DNA of 59,078 nt, filler included, from Sphacelaria rigidula (GCA_964200075.2; 9 parts of 9 records of this genome joined end to end with filler, not necessarily neighbours in it); one strand, 5' to 3'. Shown: positions 1-12,224, counted from the whole stretch's first letter. Made by a program: numbers and translations. The notes: generated by a model not told the origin, from the letters alone.

Positions 1-115
1 ATGGAGTGCGAGCTTTGTCCGGCGAAAACCCGGCGTGCTTCGTCCCGGCTTTGTAGGTATGCGAGGCCAATGGTCGTGTGACTACGGCTCGCATGGTCAT
101 GAGTACACCCCCCCT
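1..115 (+). repeat. Dispersed repeat, module B 3' part (GAGTAC/C-run family), in SEC24 intron at contig edge
   Basis: Matches 36905-37023 and 46706-46810 (ggcgaaaacccggcgtgct.cgtcccggctttgtagg.atgcgagg.caatggtc...gagtacaccccc). Confidence 0.85.
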
Positions 116-171
116 CGCGCCTCACAAAGACGTGCTCCCCGTCACATTTCGGGGGTGTTGGTGCTCCTCAG

Positions 172-354
172 GTGGGCGTTTGCACGTTCGACAGCGGGGT
201 GCACTACTACAACCTCAAGTCCACTCTGTCGCAGCCGCAGATGCTGGTGGTGCCCGACCTCAGCGATCCATTCCTTCCCGTGCCGGAGGATCTGTTGGTC
301 AACCTGAGCGAGAGCCGCGCCGTGGTGGAGACGCTCCTTGATAGCCTGGCGCAG
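172..354 (+). CDS. SEC24: SEC24 (COPII cargo adaptor) internal exon, trunk/vWA domain
   Basis: Acceptor ctcag at 167-171. Encodes VGVCTFDSGVHYYNLKSTLSQPQMLVVPDLSDPFLPVPEDLLVNLSESRAVVETLLDSLAQ, a Sec24 trunk motif. Ends at a GC donor CAG|GCAAGA (phase 0). Confidence 0.93.
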
Positions 355-684
355 GCAAGAGAGTGTATGTAACTGCTTCCTTACTAATAATTTCCCTGCG
401 AAGGACGCATTTGATATTGTGTATCAACGTGGTATTGTCGCTATGCTTGTCTCGGCTGTAGTTTTGAACCTAAACTTCCAAGACAGGGTGAAGCGCAGGA
501 CAGGATGAAACAATGCTGCGGTTGTAGCGCGGGGTTTACCAGAAACTACTGCTGCTCATATCTGGTAGCTTTTTATGCGTAAGAAAAAAAATCGATGCCG
601 TGATCTTGGTGCATAATCACGCGGTCACCTGACCTGAACACCTGTCATCTAGATAATAATGCGCGCGTGTTTGTACTTGCGCAG

Positions 685-897
685 ATGCACGCTGGGACTC
701 GAGATGCGGAGTGCTGCCTGGGGGCGGCGCTGACTGCGGCGGGGAAGGTGATGGGGCACGTGGGGGGTAAGATGGTTGTGTTGTGCGCTAGTCTGCCCTC
801 TACGGGGGAAGCTCGCCTCAAGCACAGGGAAAACCCTCGAGCGTTGGGGACAGACCGGGAGCATATGTTGCTGAAGGCGGAAGACCCTTGGTATCAG
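685..897 (+). CDS. SEC24: SEC24 internal exon
   Basis: gcag|ATGCAC...TATCAG|gtgagg. Encodes MHAGTRDAECCLGAALTAAGKVMGHVGGKMVVLCASLPSTGEARLKHRENPRALGTDREHMLLKAEDPWYQ (GGK...LPS.G...L..RE motif). Confidence 0.95.
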
Positions 898-1041
898 GTG
901 AGGAGAAGCACTGATTATTATGATACTGCTGCTTTGAATTGTGGTGAGGTGATGGATTGCATCACCTGGTATAATCGGGAGGTTGTATGATACAGGGTGT
1001 GTGATGCTTTTTACAATTGACGCGTGGCTGTTGTTGCCATA

Positions 1042-1593
1042 CAGTAGTGGGCGTTCTAACTATTTAGGGGTGTTTCGGGAGTTTTCCTCGCGTACTACTC
1101 ATCGATAGAAGTCAAAATTGCTAGCGTCGGTAGATTTTGGTACAACACAACAGATCATCCTCGAAACACAATGCCCAAGTCAGTATATGTTGGTGTTATC
1201 GGGCGAAACGAGTAAACACCCCGTTCATCAGGATGGTGTTATTGACCGTGAAACACACTTTTTCGGCCCTTGTGCAATGAGTACGCGGAATTTCAAAAAA
1301 ATGAATCTGTACATTTCTTTTAAAATATGATCAGGACGGGCCCGGTCGACCAAAAATACAGGAGAGTAAGAATCTGGGCTGAAACGTGGCAAGACCCCCG
1401 ATGACTGGTCAGCCCGTAAGTCGCTCAATATTGGGAACAGATGGTTTTTTCTTCTTGGAATGCAGAGCGGATACGAATATCTTCAGATCCCCGATGTGTT
1501 GAGCGGTGGCAAGCGAAAAGAGACCAAGAAAATCGCCAATTATGAAAAAATAAAAAAATGCTACGGAATGGACAGTTAGACCGCCCACTACTG
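1042..1593. mobile_element. Tc1/mariner-type MITE in SEC24 intron
   Basis: TIRs CAGTAGTGGGCGTTCTAACT and revcomp CAGTAGTGGGCGGTCTAACT, with TA on both sides (1040-1041, 1594-1595). Confidence 0.8.
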
Positions 1594-1915
1594 TACTTCG
1601 TTGTGACTGTGACCATGCTTGGGTTTCGCTACCGCCTGCAACGGATCACCTGGCGTTAGGCATTCTTCGTCCTCACTGCATAGCTGTGTGACGGCAAGCG
1701 GTTGAGTAGTCGAGCAGAGGGTTGGTGTTCTGTTGTGCCATTTGCGCGGGAAAATGTATACGGATACTGTACTCGAATCGAGTTATACCGGAAACAAGGA
1801 AAGTGTGCCAATTTTGTGTAATCTCGTCGTGATTCGAAGGCGCTGCACGACTTTTATTACATGGGTTTTTCTGATCGACGTTTTCTCACCGCGTCCCCGT
1901 GTTATTTCCGTCCAG

Positions 1916-2044
1916 AATAAAGCCGTGGAGTTCAGCAAGCTGCAGATCTGCGTAGATCTCTTCCTGTTCAGCGGTCAATACACTGACGTGGCAACTTTGG
2001 CGAACCTGCCCAAGTTCACGGCGGGACAGCTGTTCTACTACCCG
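1916..2044 (+). CDS. SEC24: SEC24 internal exon
   Basis: tccag|AATAAA...TACCCG|gtaggc. Encodes NKAVEFSKLQICVDLFLFSGQYTDVATLANLPKFTAGQLFYYP. Confidence 0.95.
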
Positions 2045-2954
2045 GTAGGCAACGGGAGCGACACATTTATAGGAGAGGAATCATCGTCACACATGACGGA
2101 AGTTGATTGAGAGAGTGCGTCAAGAAATCGGATGGTGGATGTTGTGGCGAGGCGCGTGGTTCGATTTGGAAGGAAGTGAGACTTGCAACACTCGTAGTCT
2201 ATTATTGTTGTTGTGTCGAAGCCGATGCACCCATAGTTATGACTTGGAAGGTGTCGTTGGACCCTCGCGATCAGACAGCAGGCAAAACAGCTGTGATAGT
2301 GTTCCGATATGACCCAATGGTACCATGAAAATTCTCCATTCGTCTACAGCAATCCCCGGCTACATGTCAGCCGGGTCTCCACCAACGCGAGGGTTGTCAG
2401 GGCTGCGATGAGGAAGTTTCAACGCCAGCCGCCAAGTTTTGGTCACGCGCAAGTATGGTTGACTTGATCATTTTGTGCGCAGGATGCAGCACCAGTCAAC
2501 CGTCCAGCTGACTGCCCTCGTCACCACCCTAGATACAGCGGTGATGCTCAGTCTCCACAGCGCTAGCCTCCACCCTCCTCTCCTTCACGTTAGCCAGATC
2601 ACCAGTGTCCCAGCATTGCGGACATATTTTTCATGTTACTGCCGAGATCCTCTTGGACCGCCCCTGGCCTAAGTAGGAAAGACACGTTTGACAGTCGACG
2701 ATCAGCTTTTGTCGGCCTCATCTTCGATTCTGAGATGCGGTGATGAACAAGGTGATCCATACCCAAGCCTGAAAGCCCTACCCTTGCATTCGGTTTGCCC
2801 CCTCGAGGGTTACACACGTGGGGATGACCTTATCTTTGCGGCTGAACCAATACAGTCAAGACATAACAAGCGTGAACATGCTAACAGCCCCCCCCCTCAT
2901 TTATCCATCCTGCTTGTTTGAATCTCCAATCTCCAACTGTACCATCGGCCTCAG

Positions 2955-3206
2955 GGATTCACTGCGCAAGTGGAGGGGGATAGGTTCAATGTCGACCTAT
3001 CGAGGGTACTGACGAGAGCGACGGCGTTCGAGGCGGTCATGCGCGTGCGCGCAACACGCGGGCTACGCATCACAAACTTTTACGGCAACTACTTCATCCG
3101 CGGGACGGACCTGCTGGCGCTGCCTAACTGCACCCCTGACAGTGTTTTTGCCGTGGAGTTCGGATACGACGAACAGCTGCTCACGTCCTCGGTCGTCTCT
3201 GTCCAG
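2955..3206 (+). CDS. SEC24: SEC24 internal exon (trunk to beta-sandwich)
   Basis: tcag|GGATTC...GTCCAG|gtgtgg. Encodes GFTAQVEGDRF...FEAVMRVRATRGLRITNFYGNYFIRGTDLLALPN...VVSVQ. Confidence 0.95.
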
Positions 3207-3653
3207 GTGTGGGTGTGTTTTTCATTTCAAAAGTGAATGTATTCCCGTCACGTTTCCTCTGTGTGTGTTGCGTGTTGGTGTCGGTGCACTGTCGCGAATT
3301 GCTCGGAGGCAGTTTTTCTCGTTCAAGTGCTTTCTGAGCAGGTTCTAGTTTGTGTCTGTTGGCGATGCTGTTTTGTAGGTATGTCCAGGTCCAGTGGCAT
3401 TTTTTTTCTTTTCTCAAACCCGTGCTAAGAGCGCTAGAAAATTTTGTTGGACTGCTCTGTACGTCACTGCCAGTAGTGCTTAGTGTGTCCGGAATGATGA
3501 CCTGGCAGTGAGTGTAATAGACACATGTGAAGAGGTATCACCTGTGCTGTATGCACCCGGCACGTTTCGTCTTTTTTTTTGTCGACCTGCAATTGTTGCC
3601 GTGCGGGGTGCTAAGTGCCTCGCCCGTTTGTTGTTTCTATCCGATGTGAACAG

Positions 3654-3800
3654 GCGGCTTTGCTATACACGACTTCCTGCGGCGAGCGACGCATCCGGGT
3701 GCACAACCTGGCTATTCCCGTGGAAACGGTGATTCAAAACGTCTTCGACAGCGTCAACATCGACGTGCTGTGCAACATCCTCGCCAAGCAGGCTCTAGAG
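3654..3800 (+). CDS. SEC24: SEC24 internal exon
   Basis: acag|GCGGCT. Encodes AALLYTTSCGERRIRVHNLAIPV...NILAKQALE, containing the hallmark ALLYT..GERRIRV. Ends at a GC donor GAG|GCGAGG (phase 0). Confidence 0.92.
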
Positions 3801-4143
3801 GCGAGGAAACAATCGCTTTGTCGCCTGACCCTAACCGGCATTCAGTTTGCAAATCGCTCTGTTTTTCATGCTTCACGGAATTCTCGCGCAGGCAAGTCGT
3901 TCCTTGAACTGCTCTGTTTGTTGCCTTGCATCATGCCTGCAAATGTGGACATTTTTTGGGCATGTGTGTTTGTCCTGGACGATCGCCTGTTCGCAGATTT
4001 CACGTGATGCCATCGTTCGTTGACGGAAAGTTTTCGTCGGCGTTACTAAAGATCTTCATCTCCAACCGCAACCGCCATTCTAAAATGGTCTTGCTTTTGT
4101 GTCGTATCGTGTCCCCGCTCTCTTGTGTTCTTGTGGTTTAAAG

Positions 4144-4272
4144 GTAGCTCTGAAGTCAGGACTTGACACCGCACGCGGGCGCATCCAACAGGCGTGCGTG
4201 GACATGGTGCGTGCTAGTCGGGGGGGTGGCTATGGCTCCAGCCCTTACATGGCCCCCGGTGGGCAACAGCAG
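4144..4272 (+). CDS. SEC24: SEC24 internal exon (helical domain)
   Basis: ttaaag|GTAGCT...CAGCAG|gtgaag. Encodes VALKSGLDTARGRIQQACVDMVRASRGGGYGSSPYMAPGGQQQ and continues KQALE in frame. Confidence 0.85.
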
Positions 4273-4796
4273 GTGAAGGTCGCTGCGTGATGGAACGTGG
4301 CAGTATGGGGGTGAAGTACGATTGTCTCGGTTCTTTAGGGGGTGATCTGGTAATTATTGTGACTGCCCGGTATATACCCGATTCCTGTGTTGGTGGGCGG
4401 GCGGCCTTTCGTTTGTGCGTTTGAGCGTACCGCGGCTGATTCACTGCAAAGTGAACGACATTGTCGCCGGCGATAAAAGTTTTTACATGATATCTGCGTG
4501 TTATTTAGTTCGAGTTTGGTCCTTGGATTGGATGTCATCTGTTCATGCCGTGTTTCACCAATTATTTTCTTGGGGTGAGACCCTCGCCGTGTGTGCGTTG
4601 TGCGTGCGTTGAAACATGTACTACTCACGCCCACTTTCAGATGGAAAATATGTGCCTGTCTTCGGTTTTTCGTGGCGGTTGAGCGACACACCCAGTCCCT
4701 TTGACCGTGTCGAAATGTCTCCAAGGAGCCCCCTCCTCCGCGCGGATTGTATCTAATGTGGCTGCTTGTGTAATTCAAATTGTTGTGCCCGGGCAG

Positions 4797-4981
4797 CAAC
4801 AAGGGACGGCGATCTCGAATGCTATCCAGCTGCTGCCGCTGTACAGCATGGCTCTGCAGAAGAACGTGGCGTTCAGGGGGGGGACGGATGTGCGCAGTGA
4901 TGAGAGGGCGAACGTGATGTCGCAGCTGGCCAGCATGCCTGTGGACCACAGCCGATGCTTCACCTATCCCCGCATGTTCAC
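4797..4981 (+). CDS. SEC24: SEC24 internal exon (helical domain end); downstream gelsolin-domain exons not found in this contig
   Basis: gcag|CAACAA...TTCAC|gtacgt. Encodes QQGTAISNAIQLLPLYSMALQKNVAFRGGTDVRSDERANVMSQLASMPVDHSRCFTYPRMF (LLPLY...L.K...D.R...YPRMF motif). Confidence 0.92.
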
Positions 4982-5793
4982 GTACGTTTTTTGTCGTGTC
5001 TGGGTGTTTCGGCAGAAGCCCGTGTGCCGTGTTGGATGTAGGTTTGCGCCCGTTTCGTAAATGGGTTTCTCCTTGGTTACTCTCTGAAGGTTTGCTGTTG
5101 TCTTCACCTGGGGAAGAATCCTCCGATTCTTCGGACTCTTCAGTCCATTGTCCGTTCAACAACCCCACCTGTTTCTGTGCGCTCATGAATGCAGTATTGT
5201 TCATGAATGCAGGCTGCTGAGATGTACGTATGCAGTGCATCATTTAGTTCCTGTTTACAGCGTCTCCCCGGGTTTTGCTTATCTTTTGGATTCTCCATCA
5301 TGTGCGAAATAACACTTATTTTCCTTTCTCCACTTGTCAACCTAACCCTTGTGGCAGAGGCGATGGAAGAGCGTAGATTTTGAGGTGCTGTCCTTTGAGC
5401 GACATGAGGTTGGGTTTTTACATATTTCACGCAAAACTATCAGCCCAAGGCGTGTTTTTGAGACCCGTTAAAAGATGTGCCCCAGTGCAGCACGAGACTC
5501 AGTATGCAGTATAGAAATATATACAGGTAGTACCGATTTTTTTCCGTATAGAGTCCAGGAACGCAAGTGCTAATTTTGGCTGTGCTTGTAGAGTTGAATA
5601 CACTTGACCCGTTGCGTCCCCTCATCGAGCAATACTGATCTGACCGCACTGGGGTGACATCTTTGGTGCGCGCATGACCTATGCCGGTGGAATCTTCTTT
5701 GGCCTTCCGCCGTGGAAATGGTTGCCGTCGGTCTTTCGGTTCCCATCTTTTCTCACGAGCTGAGCCAGCCTAGAAGCGGATTTGTTGTCTGCA

Positions 5794-6062
5794 CGCGAAT
5801 TTGCAATTTTTAACGTAGGTTTGGACACTGAAAACCGGTATGGTGAAAAATCAACAAGGCACAAAAAGGAGTAATTTTGCCGGGTCCCAAAGAGTTTTTT
5901 CTGTGATTCAACGGCGTTTTACTGAAACTTGAAACCTGATTATTGCCTCAACTCATGGGAAAAAAAACTCTTCGAGACTGGACATATATATTTTTTATTT
6001 TATGCCCTGATATCCAAACCAATTTTCAGTGTCCAACTCCAAGTAAAAAATTGCAAACTCAC
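5794..6062. repeat. Degenerate foldback (old MITE remnant)
   Basis: gcgaatttgcaatttttaac...ttggacactgaaaa pairs with ttttcagtgtccaa...gtaaaaaattgcaaactcac. The inner arms pair only partially. Confidence 0.5.
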
Positions 6063-6476
6063 TTTTTGAAACTCGGGTCGGTGAACATTCGAAACAGTAT
6101 TTTTCAGGCCGTTTACCGGCCCACGTTTGGTGTTTGTGTACTGAAATTTTGTGCGGGACCTCGCTACTGTAGGTCCTGATCAACCACAAAAAATGGATCA
6201 GGTTGGTTTTGATTCATTCTTTTCGCTGTTCCAGGGCGTTTGAGTATGACAAACCATTTCTTTACGATAACCCCCGAACCTCTCTTCCCCCCCCCCCAAC
6301 AAAAAAAGAAGAAAAGTAAGCACCATTAGGAGTAGTAACGGTACTCCGTCTCGAAAGGGATGCATGGTGAATGGTCACACGACTAAGGCAAGCATCAAAT
6401 CAGTACACCCCCCCCCCCGCTGTAAAAACAAACCAACGAAAACAAAAGGCTCATCACGTTCTACATTTATCATACG

Positions 6477-6576
6477 NNNNNNNNNNNNNNNNNNNNNNNN
6501 NNNNNNNNNNNNNNNNNNNNTTAATTAATTAANNNNNNNNNNNNNNNNNNNNNNNNNNNNNNNNNNNNNNNNNNNN
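6477..6576. other. Artificial contig linker
   Basis: N44-TTAATTAATTAA-N44, giving stops in all six frames. Confidence 0.98.
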
Positions 6577-9257
6577 TACGACACTGTACTCGAAGGATTG
6601 TTTACCGCCTGCCTCCTCTTCGCCTTCATGCACGAGAACGCAGTACGACTGATCGTCTGTGTACAGAACCGTTTCACAAATCTGTGATAACACAGTATAC
6701 CGTCTGTGCCATAAAATGGAGTATGATATGTCTTCATCCTTCCAGAGCATGACACTGTAGAACTCTGCTCCTCGAAATCCCAGCGCAGCATGAAGTGGCC
6801 ACTGGGATTCTGATTTCTGGGATTTGAGCCCCGAGAATTTCGCCAGATCCCAGGCCAAAAAAAATCATATCCCAGCGCATAAAAGTCGGCCTAAGGAGCG
6901 GCCTAATACAACTCACCTGAATCAACGCTAGACTCTCGATCTCACGAAAACATTATCACGAATGACTTGGGCATGATGACCGATCCTGACCTATCAAATC
7001 GGACTTTGTCTTTTCCGCCGCTCTTTTCCGATCTAAGAATAATTTACTGAAGACACGGACTCACTGCACTGACTAGATACGATTGCCTCTTCATATGAAA
7101 CGGAAGCACGCCGATAACCCCGGCCCCCTATGGATTGTTGCAAAATCCAACTGGCGTTCACCTGCCGTGCGAAAGAACGTATTTTTGTGCTCAATACAGC
7201 CAGCCAGTCCCACGCTACTAAGAACACTGAAAATAGTCCTTGCTGGCCGCATATACGGTAGGTAACGGTGTTATACATACAACGTACGTCGAGCACGGAT
7301 CAACCCCATGCCCGAGAGCGGCTATTTGGTATGCTTTTCCCACGCCGACTGCTATCACCGTAGTGTACGGTACACACCACCCCTATCTCGGTGGAGTGTT
7401 GTCAAAGTCGACTTCTCGCAAGACTAAGCAGCAGGAGGCGTCAATTTTTAAAAGTTCCGTTGTTTGAAACATACAGTTCGAGATTTTGCTACAAAAATGT
7501 TATTTTAATTAGAATAAGGCCGCCCCTCTCGAGGACGTCTACGCGCAGGGATATAAATCTGGGGTGGTATACATCGTCACCTACGGTCCCTGTGTTCAAG
7601 TTAGGTTTACATGAACGCACGCACATGACGCATACCTTGTAGGGGAGCGATACGCAATCCCGCGGAAAAATACGGGGGCGGAAGCAAACCCTGAAGTATA
7701 TCGAGTGCAGCACCCCAGGCCGGCCAGCAAACCCAGGAAGACAAGTCCAATTCGCGCCATGCCCTGCTGCCCCTTTAGATTGAACTACTGTCGTGTCTCC
7801 AAAGCATGAATACAGCGACCGAAACTTGACCAAAACAGCCCCACTCCAGATGAATTGCAGCGAAGCTAGCGGTTCAACAGTTTTTTCGGAACAGTTGCAT
7901 GAGGTCATTTCGGAACAGCTTACTATCTAATGTCGCTCTCGGCACGCAACACAAGCGAGGCAGTTGATGAAAGCCACAATCACCGAAACACAAATCGTCC
8001 TGTACGAACAGCTGGAGTCTAATCGGAGTACAGAAGGATGTCCAGCTTTAGCGGAAGGCGTGGTGGAAGGATCAGAGGTGGTCGCGGTCCGTACCGGTGA
8101 GCAATTGCAACGCCGATTTCAAAAAGGGTTGGCGGCTGTCGGCCCCATGTCACGGGATATAACACCCCCTGAGGCGAGCGTTCGCGTTCTTTTTGTTCTC
8201 GAGAACACAGCATCCTGCGCTGCTGAACCAGCCATGCTCCCGTTTATCTTTCTGAGGGCAAAATCTAAGTACCCAAATTCCAGTGTCATTATCACCCTAG
8301 GTTTGAAGTGAATCGATCATGCAAACAGATCATCATTATGCAATGCTATGTGATGCAGTTGTTATCCACAGGGCACGATACCGTCCGTGAAGTACAGAAC
8401 GGCCACATGTTCTTACTGCACCGTCTATACTATCCTGGACGTCGGTGATTTGTCAGCAATTTTTACAGAGTGTGATGTCAATGGGCGAAGCATCTTGAAA
8501 CGCAGCATACGCATAGTGTAGGCGTACAGTGTACGTAGCCTAGCGACTGTACTGGCTGTAGGTCCAACAGATCTTGCAGATTAGGATTCTGTACGTGCGG
8601 GGGAAAATTGGCGGGACCACCCTACCGACGGATGTAAATTCGACGTGATTCGGGGGCGACTCGCTCTATCGCAGTTTGCCATGCACTCAGAGCTCGGAAT
8701 TCAATGACCAAATAGGTTTTCAAACGGACTGGCTGTTGATACTTGGATACCTGTTCGTGACTTGCCGTTTCGTAGGGATTGAACCCTTCGAATGCAACAG
8801 TACTGTAGGTGCAAACCTTGCTAGCTGTTTCACTTCAGTAAGCGGATGCTCCTGCTGAAAGATCCAAAAATATTTCCTAATGATATAGCCCATGATATAT
8901 TAGTCTGAAGATAAGTACAGCCAACAGTAGATCATCATGTGGTCATGATCTAGCAGATGCACCCCGTGAGCCCTCGACAGGGTTAGAAACCTGACCCTTC
9001 AACCGCGAGCTTCATCTCGGAACAGTATCGATCGCCGACAGTCCAGGTAAATCCGGGGACTTGCAAGGGTACGGAGGTGTCGTTTCCGAGCGCGGGCGAA
9101 TGCGGATTCCAGATCGTCGTAGGAAGTTTCCTATATCTACCCTGCATGTTTCCAGATTTTTCGAAGGTCGTGGCACAGGCCTGAGGTCGTAACTTGACCC
9201 AAATTTTAGTGGAAAGTTTCCGAGGGCTTGTCTTGACACATTATTTTTTCGATCGAA

Positions 9258-9376
9258 GATATGCGGTGGAAAAGGAAAAGTGAAAAATTCGATCTGATCG
9301 GTCGTGATTTCAACTATCGTCATTTATGTTGACACCACGACCTATCAGATCGGACTTTTCCTTTTCCACCGCCATC
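9258..9376. repeat. Short palindromic element (mini-MITE-like hairpin)
   Basis: gcggtggaaaaggaaaagt pairs with acttttccttttccaccgc, and cgatctgatcggtcgtg pairs with cacgacctatcagatcg. A related half-site lies at ~6988-7030. Confidence 0.7.
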
Positions 9377-10132
9377 TGCTGACTTTCATGCTCCCCTCCC
9401 CCTACGTGGTGTGTGTTGTTATGTGGTGTTTTTCCTGTTGCGCCTAGTATGTTCGTATGCGTAGCTGTTTCTCAAGAGGTACAAGGGTAGAACCCTGCGG
9501 TTCTTATCGCTTTGGATGGTGATCGTGGTTCTTGAGTTTGGCTCCCTTCCTGTTTGGCTTCGCGTGTTGAGTGGACCAATGAGCCCTGCCTCCAGTAGCC
9601 CGAATTGTCCCATACGGCATCGGAACTTAGAGGGCTAGCACTATTTTTCTCCCTTGTTTTTTATTCTTATTCCCACTCTTTTTTTGGTCCTCCTGTATCG
9701 CGTCTGTGTGAATTTCTTCCGGGTTCGATTTTATCTTCGACTTTCTTTTACCCTATATCGGGGTAGTTATTTAGCCTGTGACCGCGGAAGACGTCCGCAT
9801 CAGATGCCCAGTACAGAGTACTGCACATATATCGGAACGGTTTTTAATGTGAAAACAACAACAACAACAACAACAATAACAATAACCACACTTTTTTCGT
9901 GGAAATATGATCTACGAAGACACGAGCTGAGGAGAAATGATTGAAATTAGTGCTAGTGGACCTCTATAGTTGCGGGGCGTGCTTTTTTCAGGTATATCTC
10001 AATATATTTTCTCTTTTCACTGGGAATCTGTCGTCGAATACCAAAACCTATTTTACCAGATTGAAGAACGTGATGAAAACGGTGTAGGGGAACACGCGCG
10101 GCGCCATGCGGTTTTGTGGCGACCAGTGTAGT

Positions 10133-10440
10133 TTGATCGGATGATTGATCGATTGAAGTCGCAACTTAACGGACTCCCCAGAGATCCAGCCGCGGTCACA
10201 TGATAGACGTACCCGAGACAAAACAAAACTGAAAACACTCGCTGAATAAACAAAAAAAGAAGGAAGAAACACAACAGGTAAAACAGAACAACATAGTAGC
10301 AGACTACGACATGAAAAGAAAAGAAATAAATGGAAAGAAAAGAAAGGGAAAGAATGGCCGGCCTCTGCCACATGGCTTTGGCGGTCTTCGTAGACGACAA
10401 CAGACCGTGGAAAAAGATAAGGTTGCGGCTCATCTACTAC
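10133..10440 (-). mobile_element. 5'-truncated non-LTR (LINE/SINE-like) 3' end with (ATCA)-type tail
   Basis: Minus strand reads a T-rich tract, then tctcgggtacgtctatcatgtgaccgcggctggatctctgggga...tcaatcgatcaatca. The same motif occurs at 30900-30987 and 37262-37332. Confidence 0.6.
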
Positions 10441-10535
10441 GCCCGCTCTATATAGGGTATGGACCCTTTCATCCATGAACAAACACAACGAAGCGAGATA
10501 CCACACTGCTCTTCCATGCACCGGCAGGTAGTGTG

Positions 10536-10885
10536 TGTTGTCGTCTCATCTATTCTGGACCCCGGTCTACACCTTTCGGTATATGTGGGCGCATCAGCCG
10601 GGGTCACAAAGGAGGACGGTCAACACAGGACCTTTTTTCCTTCTTTTTTTTTTGTTTTTAGTACCCCACCTTCCTTCTGCGGTGCTTGCCTTTTTATTTT
10701 ATCGCGAGAGGGGTTCAGCAGTCCCTTTCCCTCGTCGACCATTAAGTCGAATTTTGTGTACCCACGTAGTCGCTCTCCACTGTTGGGTATGGTGTGAGAA
10801 AAAATCCGAGATCACTCCGAGAATTAAAGCCACGACCCAACCGTCAGAAGGTTTCGAGGATACCAAGTGAACCACCGGGGCGACC
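10536..10885 (-). mobile_element. tRNA-derived SINE, near full length
   Basis: Homologous to 11648-12224, 14795-15158 and 19545-19628. Flanked by the direct repeat TAGTGTG (10529-10535, 10886-10892). AC-rich tail. Confidence 0.8.
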
Positions 10886-11647
10886 TAGTGTGGCTAGAAA
10901 CACGAAGCCAGGGTGCACAGAACACTAAAGCTACGCCGTGTGGGCATCTATTTTGTGAGCATCTGTTGCTCACAATGCAAAAACACGCACACAGAGATAT
11001 GGCTTTACAGAAACGTTTTACATGTTTGACGAAAACCAAAACATGTCAAGAGAATACCAAGGCCTCTCCAAGCCACTGCATTAGCTGCAGGAGTGATCCA
11101 ACGCACGTAGACACCTGGAGAGATGCACTGATCTTTCCCACACCCGCCGCATAAGGTGTGGCGTGGTCTCCATATTACTTCAAACTCCGCCACAAACTTT
11201 TTTTTTTCTCACCACATAATATCGACATTTCTCACTCATGGTCAACCTCGTCCCATTAGATAGGAAAGAGCGTACATCTCCTCTCCGACTTCAGATCTTG
11301 TCTTATCAAGACAGGTGAAGTCTGATCGCAAAATCAATGTTCAGATAGATTTTTGCCCGCAATCATCACTTTCAGTGTCATCGATAACACGTTGTTCATT
11401 TTTCTGCCCAGATATTAACCAGATCTACGACCAGGTTCATAAATGCGGTGGTTCTAGCAGTGGTCGTAGGCCCAAGATTTCTGCGGTGGCACGGGAAAGA
11501 CACGATGAGGAATGATAAAATCTACACACCGAGCCCCGATAAAATACGCACAGGCACCTACCGCTCACGCGCATTGGTTCCACCGCTAGACCTTGCTCAT
11601 CTACACGCATCAGTTCTTGTTTGATGCAAATTCATTCTGTATAGCAG

Positions 11648-12224
11648 CCGGCTGCCCCGGTGGCTCAGTTGGTGACCTCGAAACCTTCCACACGTCCGAC
11701 AACTCATGAGTTAACTCACTTCTATGATATGACCCATCCAGTGGAGAAAGGTACCGCTGGGGTATACCATTTAAGTCAGCTGCTGGCAAATGGTACCGCT
11801 GAGCTATACAATATACCTCTGCCAGTGGAAATAGATACCGCTAAGTTATACAGTATATCTCAACACCTGGGTTGTACCACAATGAGTGATATGAGATGAC
11901 TTGTCTGACGTGTGAAAACTTTTGGCGGTTTGGTCATGAGTTCGAATCTCGGTATGATCTGGGATTTTTCTCACACAATGCCCAGTCGTGGGTACACAAA
12001 ATTCGACTCAATGGTCGACGAGGCAAAGGGATTGCTGAACCCCTCTCGCCATAAAAAGTTAAGGCAAGCACCGCAGAAGGAATGCGTAGAACTAGAAACA
12101 AGTAAAGAAGAAAAAACTCCTGTGTTGGCCTTCCTCCTGTGTGACCCCGGCTGGTGCGCCCACATATAACGAAAGGTGTAGACCAGCGTCCAGAATAGAT
12201 GGGACGCCAATACAACACAACACA
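11648..12224 (+). mobile_element. tRNA-derived SINE interrupted by a MITE
   Basis: A box TGGCTCAGTTGG at 11661, B box-like GAGTTCGAATCT at 11938. Body homologous to the other copies; tail acaacacaacaca. Confidence 0.8.
11689..11914. mobile_element. MITE with 19-bp TIRs and degenerate 8-bp TSD
   Basis: CACACGTCCGACAACTCAT versus revcomp CACACGTCAGACAAGTCAT. TSD AAACCTTC/AAAACTTT. Three internal ~42-bp subrepeats (g.taccgct..g.tatac). Confidence 0.8.

Noticed and set aside
4335..5243. 302-aa minus-strand ORF
   Set aside because: It is antisense to a SEC24 exon and its introns and has no recognisable motifs.
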